Positions 52,491 to 64,000 of a DNA stretch of 64,000 bases are shown here, in pieces. Source of the stretch: Raillietiella orientalis (taxonomy: Eukaryota); assembly GCA_036172245.1 (NCBI GenBank), contig JAYWIR010000008.1, forward strand, positions 3,162,001 through 3,226,000. Reading direction: 5' to 3'. The notes below the pieces were generated by a model that was not told the DNA's origin, searched no databases, and worked only from the letters and a program-made list of their open reading frames with translations. Within the stretch, counting starts at the first letter, position 1, and every line of letters starts with the position of its first letter. A program made the position numbers and the translations under genes.

Positions 52491-55400
52491 CCAGATCCAC
52501 TTGGACTTCGCCACTGGTTGCTTGAAAACGTTCATCTACTCTGCATGTGTTGGGAGTTCCTGGTCCACGCTCCCCTCTCGACGCCTGCATCCCCATGTTC
52601 TGAAGAAACCTTGCGCCAGCCCTGACCAAGGGTCTGCTCGCACCTGCCGTCCTCGTCGCGGATGCAGTTGCGATCTCTTCCCTTCTGACGGCTGCCATGG
52701 AACCGTCCTCTAGCCCGACGCCTTCTGTTCTTTTGTGCCGCGAGCGCCAGGTGCTCGTCGCCCGCTTTCGTGCAGAGAATCCTTCCCAAAAGTCCGCAGG
52801 GATTTTCCTCTGGCGTCGGATTCCCTGCTCCTGTCCTTCACTTTCCTCCGTCGAGATGGCGGAAGAAGCGACGCGGCCGACATGTGCGCCTCGCCGTCTT
52901 GCGGGAAGCAAGCAGTTGTTCTCGCCTGCTTTCGCGGGACTGGCACTGCGTGCTGCCCTCTCCTCCGCGTCCGACGCGCGTGCGTCGAGGAGGAACACGC
53001 TGGAGGAAGATCTGCGGGCCGACCTCCGCTTCACTGGAAGTCTCTGGGTCCCAGACTTTCGTTGATCCCATGCTGCACATTTCCGTGCACGTGTAGAGCG
53101 GTGCGGCCATCGATCTCTTCCACTCCATCGCCGTGGACGACAGAGAGTGTCCGTGACGGACCGGTTGAGGCTTCGCTTCCCAAATCCCCAGTACGTCCTC
53201 TTTGCGGAGAGATGTCTCTTCGGAGGAGGGCAGGGACGAGGTTCCGGACGTCCCAAAGATTCCCTGTCGCCACATTGGCTGGGTCTCCCCGTCAGCTTCC
53301 CCCAGATTTCGAGGTGGTAGGGGGCGAGGATGACGTCGTGCGCGGAGAGTCGGCGGCTCCTGTGGCCTCGCACCAACTCCGGCCCTACCTCTGCGCGCGG
53401 CACTTTGGCGAGCCCCGAGGACCGCTTCCGCCCGGATGCTGAAGGTGCCCTCAATGGAGCGCGCGTCGCTGGCTCTGACCTCCCAAGGAAGGACCCGGAC
53501 CATCTCAGAAACTATCAGCGCCGCTGGCGCTCCCGCGATGCAAAGATGGAGGAGAGCCACGCTGCGCGCTTCCATATCGCTGCACTTACTGCAGGGAGGG
53601 AAGAAATTTTCTCTCCACCGCAGCCGAGGGGAAAATTGGTTGGCAGCCATATTTTAGCAGACGGGATGGTAGGGCAGAAAAGAAGCTGCTAGGTGATTCC
53701 TGAGGCGACCCCCGAGCCTCCGGGAAGGCTTTCCGTCAACCGACAAAAAGAGCAAGACAGCTGCCCTCGCTGGCCGAAGAAGCAACAGATGCTACGGACC
53801 TTATTGATGGGTTCTTGGCAGCAGCAGTGTCTCTGAAGAATAGCCGTAGGTAGTGCGGAGCGGAAAGGAATCCCGTTATGGGGAAGGAAGGGCAAGGAAG
53901 ATGCTGTTGCCCGGAACGCACGCTGAGTGCTTCGACGCCGGCATGGGAGGTGAAGCGCGCGCTGCCGATCTTCATTAACAGGAGTTCGATCTGCAGCGCA
54001 CGCTCAGCAGGTGACGTCACCTCATTGATCGCCCAACTGCATCTATATGGCGTGCACGACTCTTTTATCCAGTTTCTCGCTATTGGCGGAGCTGTAGCTG
54101 CCACTGACTCCCACAGCGCCTTCGTTCCGGGGACGCGACCGCCTCAGAAGCAGACAGAGAGGGTCTGCCCGGAAAGGCCATGCTGGCCCACCAAACGGGG
54201 CCGTGAGAAAGGAAGGAAAAAGATGCAGAGATGCTCATACGGGGAGATCTGGCCGTCGTGAGGAGCCCTCGCAGTGTTCTGGTGGCGGTGGTGCTTTCGC
54301 TATGCGGCCACCAGATGGTCTGCGGAGGAAGGCTGATCGGTGAGTGCAGCGGGGGCGCCCTGCGCACGGCCCTGGACGTCCACGGAACTGCGGGCCGGGT
54401 TCTTCCGGAGGCATATGGTAGCAACAAACGGATGTGACCGGGCAGCTGGTTCCTGGGAGGATGGAAAGGGGAGGAGGGACGAGAAGGGAACCAGCTGGCG
54501 GCGGTCAGGAGGCCGGGAAGCGACCCTATCGCGCCACCGGGTGAGGGACGGAGAACCCCTGAGCACTCCCTGGAGTGCCCGCCCCTGGGGCGTTCCGGAG
54601 AGGGGAATAGCGAGGTAGCTGCTCGTCACGCCGAGAAGTGCTTCCGGTCGCGCGGAGTCCCATCGTACCCTTGAGCGGAAGGGAGGAGGAAGGCGCGAAG
54701 GAACAAAGGAGGACAGCGACAAGCTCGAGGACATTTCGGGAAAGGCACGCGAGAGGGATCTTAAGGCACGGAAGGGAAGTCCCACGGATGCTCCCGGTCG
54801 CGGCCTTGAATCCGGTCCGGCTGAACGTGGGCGTGAGGCAGGCTGAATCTCCCTATAAATTCTTCCCCTAAGCATGCAGCAGCTTCACTGTCTCAACACC
54901 TTCCAGCTCTTTTTGTCATCATTCTTTTTTTTTTTTTTTGATATGCTTCCCTTCCCTCCGTTCCCTTGCCATTCTGCGGTTTCCTCGGACACCCATCAGG
55001 AAGGGTGTCGACTGTTTGTCTTTTTTTTTCTTCTTCTTTGCATATAAAATGCCCTGAAGATTTCGCCCTCGTGAAATCGTTTCTCTCACGAGCGGATTTT
55101 GGGGTTGTGCGTGACGGGGGCGTTCATTCGTGTGAACCTTGGCCTAAGTTGGCCGATTTCGACCGGACCGCAGTTTGGAGTTTCTCCGGACATCTTTCGA
55201 TGGAAGGAAAATTCCCGCAAACCTGGGAAGGGCGCACTCGCCCAGGTAGGTTCCGTTCGCAACCAGAACGATGTTGCTTCGGCGCTTCCAAGTGACCGAC
55301 CACCCCCTCCAGGCGTGCGGAGGATTTTCCAGAAAGACACCAACCCATCCGCGGTAGATCCCCCTTTTCTGAGGCCATCGATGCTCCGAGAAGCCTCGTT

Positions 55401-58400
55401 TTAAGACGCGCTGCCGTCGTCCTGTATGCCTCCGTGAACGAAGTGAGCCTCCGGCGATGTCCCCACATCCACGAAAACTTCCCGTCCGAACCAGAAGCTT
55501 CTCTTTCGAGGTGGTGATCTCTTCAGGCGCTCCCATGTTCTCCGTTCGCTCTCGGTCAGCTGATGAGAACTCCCCATGTCACTTTTGCCACTCCTCCTCT
55601 TCCCCTTTTACCTCCGTCATACGTGTGCGCATGCACGTTCTCTCTGCTGAGTGACTCAGAAGTCCACCGCCTTCAACACGCGCGAACAGATGAAAGCGCG
55701 AATCAAAAAAAAAAAAAGCAGTTGCAGCGACCCCCCAACGACCAGCAGCCTCACTCTGCGGTGGTCATTGAAAGCTCAGGCGGCTGACTGGTCTCGCCGC
55801 ATCCGAGACGCGAGCAAGGAGGAGGCTGAAACGAAGCTGCGCAGTCGAAGGGGCGGAAGCTGCTGCAGCAGCCGATCCCCAGCTGCTCCGGCCGACTGTT
55901 CCCATCGGCTCAAGAAACTCGGATAGGCGGATTCGCTCCCGCGAGCACTCCCGCTTTCTCTCTCTCATCTCCTCCTTCTCCCTTCTCCCCCCTGCCTCCA
56001 CTCGTGCTGCTCCGAGGAAGCGAACTCCTTCCTGAGCAGGACTCCGCCGGTCCTAGCATCGTTCCAAGGACGCGCTGCGCGTTTTTCAAGAACTCGTTCG
56101 GGTTGGTTCTTGAAGTTCTTCAAGAACTTCGAAACTGCCAGGAGTGGTTCCATGGTTGGCTATTACACAGAGCCGGTTGCTATGGAAAGCGTGCGGAGGC
56201 TCAGACCTCCCTCGTGCATCGCGTGACCGGAAAAGATTTTCTTACACTCCCACCCTTGGGATGCTTGGAAACCCCCAGTTTGCCTTCCGAGCTGCTGTCA
56301 AGTGGCCCAAGTGCAGTTTGAGCTGATGTGCTTCAGCTTATTGTAAAGATGGGATGAGCGCGGTTCAAACAGTTGGCAGCAACTCTCTCCCTGTTCTTCC
56401 CTTGGGTTTCGCTCTTCTGATTAAACGGGTCCCCCGAACGGCGATCTTGGAAGTGTTCCAAAGGAACGGAGGTTGTCCATCGCGTTTGCTGCTGCTCCTA
56501 CTGCTGCTGATGTCTCTTGAAGGTTGCTTCTGTAGAAAGAAGCTGCGTTCTTCGCGGAAGCACGAACTTCCGTTGGCGCTCTTCAGGCAGAGTCAGCTGG
56601 CACTTCTTGCAGCTTGACGGAAGTCGGAGGCTCAGAAATCGAAAGCAGTCGTCTACCTCCGCGACGCGGGAACCCACGGGAGCCCCGTTCAGCACTGCCC
56701 TCTCTAGAAGCCGGAAATTCGTCAAGGAATTCGCGAGAAGAGGGAAGAGAGCCGTCCTATTCTGAGGAGAAAAGCTGCTGGGAAAATCCAAGATGATGAT
56801 TTCCCCGAGCGCTCAAGGAGGAAAGTGCGATTCGAATTCAAGGCATCCATCGGAAAGGCTCCGGAATTGCTCCGCGCTCTTTTGCTCAGCTTTCGGGTGG
56901 TCAACGCGTGCTTCATTTACTTCGTGTGGAGCGGAGTTGCTGCTGAGGTCAGAAGCTGTCTGCAAGCAGAAAAGGAATGACAGTGAGCTATAGGGATCTG
57001 ATAGAGAGGAAATAGAATGCAAGGCAAGATCAAGCCACATGGGAAGGCGGAGCAAGGATGGCACGAGTGGGAACGTTAAATGAGAAAAAATTTCACTCGT
57101 TATTATCTGCTCCGGATGCGAATCCTGGAGACAATAATCTTTAAAGGGTAGCTGAATGACCTCCCGCAGGGAAAAAAAAAATACCCCAGGATACCAAGGG
57201 AAGAGTTCTGGAAACGACGGACAGTGCCGTTCAAACATGATAATTGGGAAACAAAACAATCGGTGCATGTGTTGTGGGTAGCTTGAAACTTCACTCTTTT
57301 CATCTTAAGATGTCACCGTGGCATCCGTGTCACCACTGGGTGCATCTTCCCTGCCTCTCCCTAGCCTGTTTTCGGAACAGTCACAAAATCTCGAGCATTC
57401 ATTCTGGAACTCGTCCGCCGTGAAACTGAGTTTCGCTTTGCTTTCTGCGGATGGAGGCGGCAAGGCATTCATCTCAGGCAACGGAGTCTGCATCCCGCAC
57501 TCTGAAGGTTTCGTTGCGTGGAGCGAAACTTCAGGCTCCTTCTCTTTCGCGGCTGTGCCTCAAAGCTTCACGACGATTGCACGAGCCCCGAGAAAATCGT
57601 CTTCCAGAGCATCCCAAGCATGCACAGCATCCCAAAGGCAGCAGGATTATCGTTTCCATGCTCGACGGCGACTTGGGCCGATTCGAATTCCGGGATGGCG
57701 GGGCTTGGGGCGCACAGTCTCGAGCCGCGCTCTCTGTGCGTTTGGCGAGAGGCGAACCCACGCGAGGAATCCTCTCACGTTCACCAGAAGCGTTGAATTG
57801 AATCATCTTCCAGTGCACATCCTTCATTAGAGCGTGTCGGAGTGACCACGTGCTTGCCAATAAAGCTGCACATCGTGCCCGTTTTTGAATTGACCGAATC
57901 CACGCAGTTAGGCCCGTTCCTTTGTATTATTCTTCCCAAATGGAGCTTTCGCTCTTTTTCCAGAAGCATCTCTGGCGCCACCTTAGTGCCCCCCCCCCGA
58001 CGGTTCGAATCCACGGCGGAGGCGCGCGTAGGTGGAGAACGTGCAAGAGGGGTCCCGTGATCATCCAGTAATTGAGCTAAACCGACCACGATTAAAACGG
58101 TTATGAGCGACCATGATCATACAATGAAACCGTTGCTGACACCACAAGTAAAGCGAGATAAGAGTGGGAAAAGGAGAAGGACAGGAGTAGTTTATCTTGA
58201 AAGCATTCTCAAATTTCACCCTTCGGAGATCCCCCCCCCCTTCCCATCCCACTAAAATTCTTTGACTAGTTGATAAAGTCCCATGCTCTGCATAGGAAAC
58301 GTCTTGCAAGCATCTTGTCGGTATTGGGAAGGGAAGAGGAGATCTTTTCTCACCCCTCCCCCCATCTATTCCTCCTGTGCAATTGCATTATATTCAGTTC

Positions 58401-59369
58401 TGAAGAATCAGTGGATCATCTACTTTGCTGGGGGAATGAAACTCCTGCTCTGGTCGTCTCATTCCCGCTCGATTTCTCTCGGATGCGAGCAATCGAGCCA
58501 CCCATTCTTTAGAGCACGCACCGAGACGTTTGTCACTATGGGTAACGAAGGCTCGCGGTTTAGAGAAAACCGGGGACGGAAACTTCGGTATGGGAAGAGA
58601 GGAACCGGGGAGGAGGGGGGGAGGACTCAGCACCCCCACCTGAAGAATCCGTTTCACATCCGCGGCCCGCCGGAAAACGTCCTCGAATGACTCCTGAAAT
58701 TCGAGCAAACACCCGTGACTTGAAACTCTTCACATTTAGGAAAAGGGAGTGACACGAAAGCGGAGATACGCGACGTGCTAAGCGTGTGTTCATTTGAGTG
58801 GGAAGCATAAGAGAGCACGCGAGAGCACAATTTCAAGTTCAAGTGAAAATTTCGGGGTCCTAACTTTCGTACCTCACTCTCTCTCTTGCTTTCCCCCGAG
58901 AGCTGTTCGAGCTGAAATTTCCTAGAAAATCACAAGATTCCCGACGTCGGTGAATAATTAATAGGCTATTAATAAACATCCACTCCCAGGCAATCAAATA
59001 GGCAAAGCCATTGCTGGGGAGCTTCCATGTGTGGTCTGTCCCGTCTGGGCTACGACGAAATTGCAAAACATTTCCATTACTTTGCTCGCAAGTGTACACG
59101 TCTACTCATCACATCGGCATTTCTTATGGAACTCGTGTGTTTGTACATTCGCAGTGATGGCAAACGGAGTGCGAGTTCATTCTCTCGGCACTCTCATGGC
59201 GGTATTGAATAGATCATAGGGAAGCCCATTCGATTCCGACCTGACTGGAGTGCCGAATGAGATGGGGAAAAGAGGTGGGTTGCGGATCTGTGTGAGATCG
59301 TCGGTGGCAACTTTGCAAGTTGAGAACCTGGGACGCAGCTTGCACTTAGCTGGTAGGCCGTTGCCTTAG

Positions 59370-59895
59370 CAGCCTGGACACCGAAATGCAGCTTGGGCAC
59401 GCGCGCCATCAACGAAGAGAGTACATGGCAATCCCTGATCGACGAACGTCCCCATCAGGAAAAGCCCATACGCTGAATGGGATTGCACCGTGTCTTCAGC
59501 CACTTTCTCACTAGCGGGGAGTGGTCGAAACTCATCATCCATGCCGCAGATATGGATCTCCCCGAGCTGCAGATGAACCTCAGTTGCCTGAGGAAGACTA
59601 CTGGAAGCCGGGAACCCTGTCGAGAGAGCAGTGCGATTCGGACTACGCGTCCCAGGACCTGGCGACCCTGTTGGCCAACGCAAACCTCAGCAAGTACATC
59701 GACGTTTTCGAAACCCAGGAGCCCGACATGAGCATGTTCGTCACCTTGAACGAGCGGAACCTACAGGACCTAGGGATCACGGCTTTCGGGTCCCGGCGGA
59801 AGATGCTGTGCTTGATACATGAGTGCAGGAAGGGCATCCGGAAAGCTAATAGGAGGTCCATCAGTACCAGAGATCGGATGCAACGTTTGAAATAA
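59370..59895 (+). pseudogene. Bicaudal-C-like C-terminal fragment with a SAM domain; intronless and apparently degenerate
   Basis: DLATLLANANLSKYIDVFETQEPDMSMFVTLNERNLQDLGITAFGSRRKML matches the BicC/ANKS6-type SAM domain (KYTDVFQQQEID..FLTL..DLKELGITTFGARRKML). Upstream frameshifted KCSLGTRAI resembles BicC KKLLATKAM. No KH domains seen. Confidence 0.7.
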
Positions 59896-59929
59896 CCGAG
59901 TGAGGAGCTTTTTCTCTGAATCTACGCCC

Positions 59930-60460
59930 TTGATCGACAACATGAAGAAGGTGACGCATGGACGACAGGAGATTCTGGTCAGCAACCAAGGGGTGCTCGG
60001 CATAGGAATCGTCTCAGAGACCTGACCTTGTCCTAAAAAGGAATCACGTCCTCATCATGATGGACGCGCGTGCTGTCCATTGGAAAGCAGGCTGAAAGAG
60101 TTCCAGAGGGCATGCAGAAAGATAGGAAAATACGCCCTTGCCTTTTCATCCTTGGGGGATCAAGCGTCCTCCTGCGCAATCACCGTCTTGGTACGCTGGG
60201 GTTCCAAGAACGACCACGTTTTGAAAGAGCTGGAGATTCCAAGAACACAAGCGAACAGCCAGGTCAGCAAGGCAGTACCGTCGAAGACCCAACACGGCAT
60301 TCCGGATATCTACTGGATGCACAAACTGGGCGAGACACCCCTCCGAGCGACCGAGCTGGGCGATCAAGTTGGCAAAAGGGTACCAACCCATGGATACGAT
60401 GGAACTCAAGCAAGCAGGCTTGGCACAGCGGAGGAAACTGCTGTTGTCGAACGGAAGGCT
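59930..60460 (+). mobile_element. Decayed CR1/L2-like ORF2 C-terminal fragment
   Basis: RKIRPCL, VLVRWGS..LKELE..QANSQV and HKLG..PL resemble the post-RT region of CR1/L2 elements; frameshifted. Confidence 0.4.
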
Positions 60461-62699
60461 GAGGATCCAAAATGACCGAGAAAGACTCGGTAGTCGAATC
60501 CCTCCTCACAACTTGCTTCCACTCTTGAACAACATATGAAAGAGTCGCGTGTGGGAGGGAGCAGAGCTGTGTCAAAGCTGCATGTATCCATGTTCTCGGA
60601 AAGCTGACCCCTTGTTTCCCCGTATCAGGGAGATCTCAGCCTGCAAATGCTCCCCGAACTCTCTTCTTGAATGCCTCTCCTCATTGAAAGGTTCTTTCGA
60701 TTTCTTCATGGCTGCTGTTAGAGAAAGACGAACCGAGCTTTCCTCTCGACCCCCCCCCCCCCCTACAAGTCCTCGATTTGAGTGGAAGCAAAGGGAGACC
60801 GAAAGACCTGGCATCTGACACGCATGCGGGACACCGTCGAAAGACGTGTCATTCTTATGTTGTGAGAAATCTCTCTTCATGGAACGAAAGACTGTTTCCC
60901 ATGTTGCGAAACTGTGAAAAAAACGCCTTCGCGCTCCGTCTACAGCTGCAGGCTTTGGGTGCATTTTTCCTGACAGCTGACTGGAGCCCATTCGACCTCC
61001 AGAAAACCGAGGGAGAGGATTGAAATTTTTCCTTTTTTGACTTTCTACCCCGTATAGAGTGTCTCAGACTTCCGCTCCTCACACGTTTCTCATCGAATTG
61101 GTGCCTCGTCTCGAGAAGAGCATTCCCTGTGGACGAGTCATGGATCAAAGACAAATCCACTCTTCAGGAAACAAATAGTGATAACCCCTCCGCCATTAGA
61201 AAACCCCGTTGGATGCAGAAATGGCTATGGTTGAAGTATATTGGAAGAGAAAATGGCCGGTCGATAGTACTGATAGAGACGGCAGTATCAACCAGGAATT
61301 CGATCATCTCTTCACCCTTCGTTGACTCCTCAGAAGAAAGAATCAGGGAAAAAAACAACTCCAAGAGTAGCAGCAGCAACTCCCGAGGCGCCAGCTCGGA
61401 TGGAGGGAAACCCTGGAAATTTGATCTTGGACCTCCTCAAGCAAATTTCCCAAAGATGATCTCCCACCCACATACCGCTGCCCGACCACAGCTCTTTACC
61501 TCATGAAGAACTTCACCCCTGATGCGTTCACGTAAAAATAACTGGGATCCTTTGACGCGTCCTTAATGGGTACGAATAGGTAAGAGTACCCTTTCTCAAT
61601 GCCACCGGAGGTCTCGCTGGCTAATCAGAAGAAGGAAAATGGTGTCGCGTGGGCAGTTCGAAAGACTTCCCACTGCTAGACCGTCTGAACCTCACGTGGG
61701 CTCTTGACAGCAACTGGACCCATCCACTTATGCGGTTCGCACTCGCTACCCGACAGCGGACTGCACTCGGAGTCCTCGGTGGTGGCAAAGGACAGAGCGT
61801 GTTTGATGGTTCCCTGAGGAGCGCTGCTCCTTAGTTTGGCAAGGGAAGACCCGTGGGTGGAAAGTGCTTGTTTTCGAATGCCGAGCTTCTCATCGCAGGC
61901 AGCATAAACCTCAGACGTTTGACCTGTCTCTCCTTTGAAAAGTCTCTTGAATTAAGCCATGCGTGTTCGGTTCCGTTATCTCGAAGCCAGTGGTATTCAT
62001 TCTGATGATCAGATGGCATCTGCCTGCTTATAAAACCTGCGGGTGATATTCATTGAATCTGCCAACAGTAACATTAATAATCACAAACTGTGATGGGATA
62101 ATGCAGGAGCTACTATTACTGCGATTGCTTCTAGGAAACTGGCATATCGAATGACCTGTGCGTAAGCAGTATCTATGAGTACTCGCTACAGCAAGGTCAG
62201 ATTTTTCTCTGCTTTCGACACGTCCGGTCCCATCCCTTAGTGCCTGCATTGTTTTTTTTTTGGTTACCCCCGGAGATCCATGTGCTTCCTTTCCCTATAA
62301 GGGCCAATCGAAAAATCCAGGGGTCTTCCGGACGCACCTGTTCTCGCGGAAGGAAAACAAAAAACGAAATGCGAACATCATCATCTTTTTTTTTCATCTT
62401 TCCCTCTAAAAGGCAACATTTTCGCTTCTTTCTTCTTCCTTAGTTATTTGCATAACTCCGACGAAAGGAACCCGGTCCTTTGAAACGCGTTGAACAAGGA
62501 CATCGGGCTCTTTTTAGGGATGACGAAAAGACAAAACCAATTATTTTAAAAAATAGTACTGGAAAGAAGGAGGTCTACTTTTTTTGCCTTTTTTTTTTTT
62601 TTTGATAATGGAAAGGAAGAATGATGATGAATGTGCGTCAGGATTCACAGGACAAGCCGCTTTTTGTCCATCGGGACGCCCTTGGGTATCAAGAAACTC

Positions 62700-63560
62700 C
62701 AGAAGACTTCAAGGCAGATTGCACTTTACCTGAACGCTAAAAAATTTTTGAAGTCAAAGATGAACTCATCGCAGGGGTTTACCAATGAGGGAAGCACTCG
62801 TTGGTAAGCTCCTGCGATGAGCTTGCTTCGGCTCAGTTGATCATTTCGCAAGCATTTTTGAGAAACCCAGAAATCTCTTCGTCCTTCGCTCTCCGAGTTC
62901 CCCAGAAATTGATTGCACTTGAAGTCGGGTGTTCCCTGGAAATCAGGCAACAACAGCTTGGGATGTTTGGTAATTTTCTCAATAAAATCCGACCTGGATA
63001 AGAGAAAATCCCAACTATCACAACGAGAGCCCGGAGCCGAGATAGGTTCGCACAGCATTCGCCCACATAAATCACAAATGAGTAGGGGGACGAAGATTAC
63101 TCTTGTTCAGAAGGAAGGAGACTTTCCTCACAATAGAATAAGAGAGAAAACCACTTTCAGTCATTGAGGGTTCCGAAGATCTGTTGGGTCTGAATCCACG
63201 TTTGTTCCCATTCTGGATTCTTAATAGCAGCTGGCTTATCTGCCCGTGTTTGGAGTTCGATGAAACTCAACTTTGCTTCATGTTTCCTGGAACTTTATGT
63301 GACTTGCATCCGTTCGTCATCTCTGCAGAGTTTTCTTAGAATGAAGGCATTCCTCTCTGGCAGAACTAAGTTCCGTTCCTTTTCCTAGTAGTATTAAGAA
63401 CTCCTTGCATGCTCGGCTCATTTGAGTCACTCTACTATTAGAAATGATATCAAGGAGACATTTTGCAGCTGACACTTTTTTTTCCTTTTGTGATGAGGTT
63501 GTTTTCATACTATCAGAATTTCACTAGCATTCCATTGAGTCAGATTGAATCGCAGTTCTG
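62700..63560 (-). mobile_element. Very decayed LINE reverse transcriptase remnant
   Basis: Weak ordered motifs ..LLDII..RVT.., RMQV and ..FVIYV on the minus strand. Confidence 0.25.
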
Positions 63561-63960
63561 GCTTCTTAGAGACAACCTTCAAAGTTTCACTGCCAGAGCA
63601 CACATGTGTTTTTTCTTAATTTTCTTACTTCATTGCAGATTTCCATGTCGTGGAACGCATGTTTGATGATAGGACGAAAATATATATTGCCTTTTTTTTT
63701 TAAAAAAACAACAACAACAACAACTGAAAACCTAAAGCTTTAAACGAATTTTAAATCCTGCCTATTTTGGAAAGGTGCCTTGATAATACTGCCGGCGCCA
63801 TGTTGCAAAGGCAACAATACTTTGATGTTTGTGTAGGGCAGCTTTCCGCTCTCTGCGAATGTTTTCATTTCATTTTAGATTTTCGGTAGCTTTCTCGACT
63901 TTTGTTCTGTTTTTTTTTTTCCTTTTTTTTTCTGTGAAAAATCCATTTCGAGTTCTGCTG

Positions 63961-63992
63961 TTTCCCGCCCGGGTGCACCGGGGCGTTTATTA
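63961..63992 (-). mobile_element. Terminal AATAAA plus hairpin motif of the L1/Tx1-like family (element probably continues beyond the window)
   Basis: Reverse complement AATAAA-CGCCCCGG-TGCAC-CCGGGCG-GGAAA. Confidence 0.5.
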
Positions 63993-64000
63993 CCAAACTA

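Noticed and set aside
49000..58100. Many long ORFs, including 279 aa, 384 aa and 270 aa
   Set aside because: No recognisable domains beyond faint zinc-knuckle-like remnants; consistent with decayed elements or unresolved spliced genes.

Overview
Eukaryotic (invertebrate animal-like) DNA with very short introns (mostly ~40-90 nt) and relaxed donor sites. It alternates between AT-rich, CpG-poor blocks with housekeeping genes (~1-11 kb, ~28-35 kb) and GC/CpG-rich blocks of decayed retroelements, pseudogenes and lineage-specific genes (~12-27 kb, ~35.5-64 kb). Conserved genes: a selenoprotein H with an in-frame TGA and a SECIS (missed by the ORF track), VPS33A, SFSWAP, MMAB and mitochondrial ATP synthase beta. 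The first four form a tight same-strand, operon-like cluster. The most striking structure is an 8.35-kb palindrome (18614-26967) holding two divergently transcribed, intact six-exon genes for motor-less proteins whose C-terminus resembles the non-muscle myosin II tail. Their upstream/5' and 3' ends are near-identical, while the central exons keep length and phase but are strongly diverged, with an all-nonsynonymous, charge-swapping tract. A third, pseudogenic fragment lies in the spacer. Also present: a 4-copy B-box-headed element with an array of small UNCG-type hairpins; a family of L1/Tx1-like 3' ends finishing in AATAAA plus a hairpin instead of poly(A); H2B and Bicaudal-C-like pseudogenes; and a templated-insertion/Helitron-like structure at ~46 kb. 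All calls come from manual reading; no searches were run.
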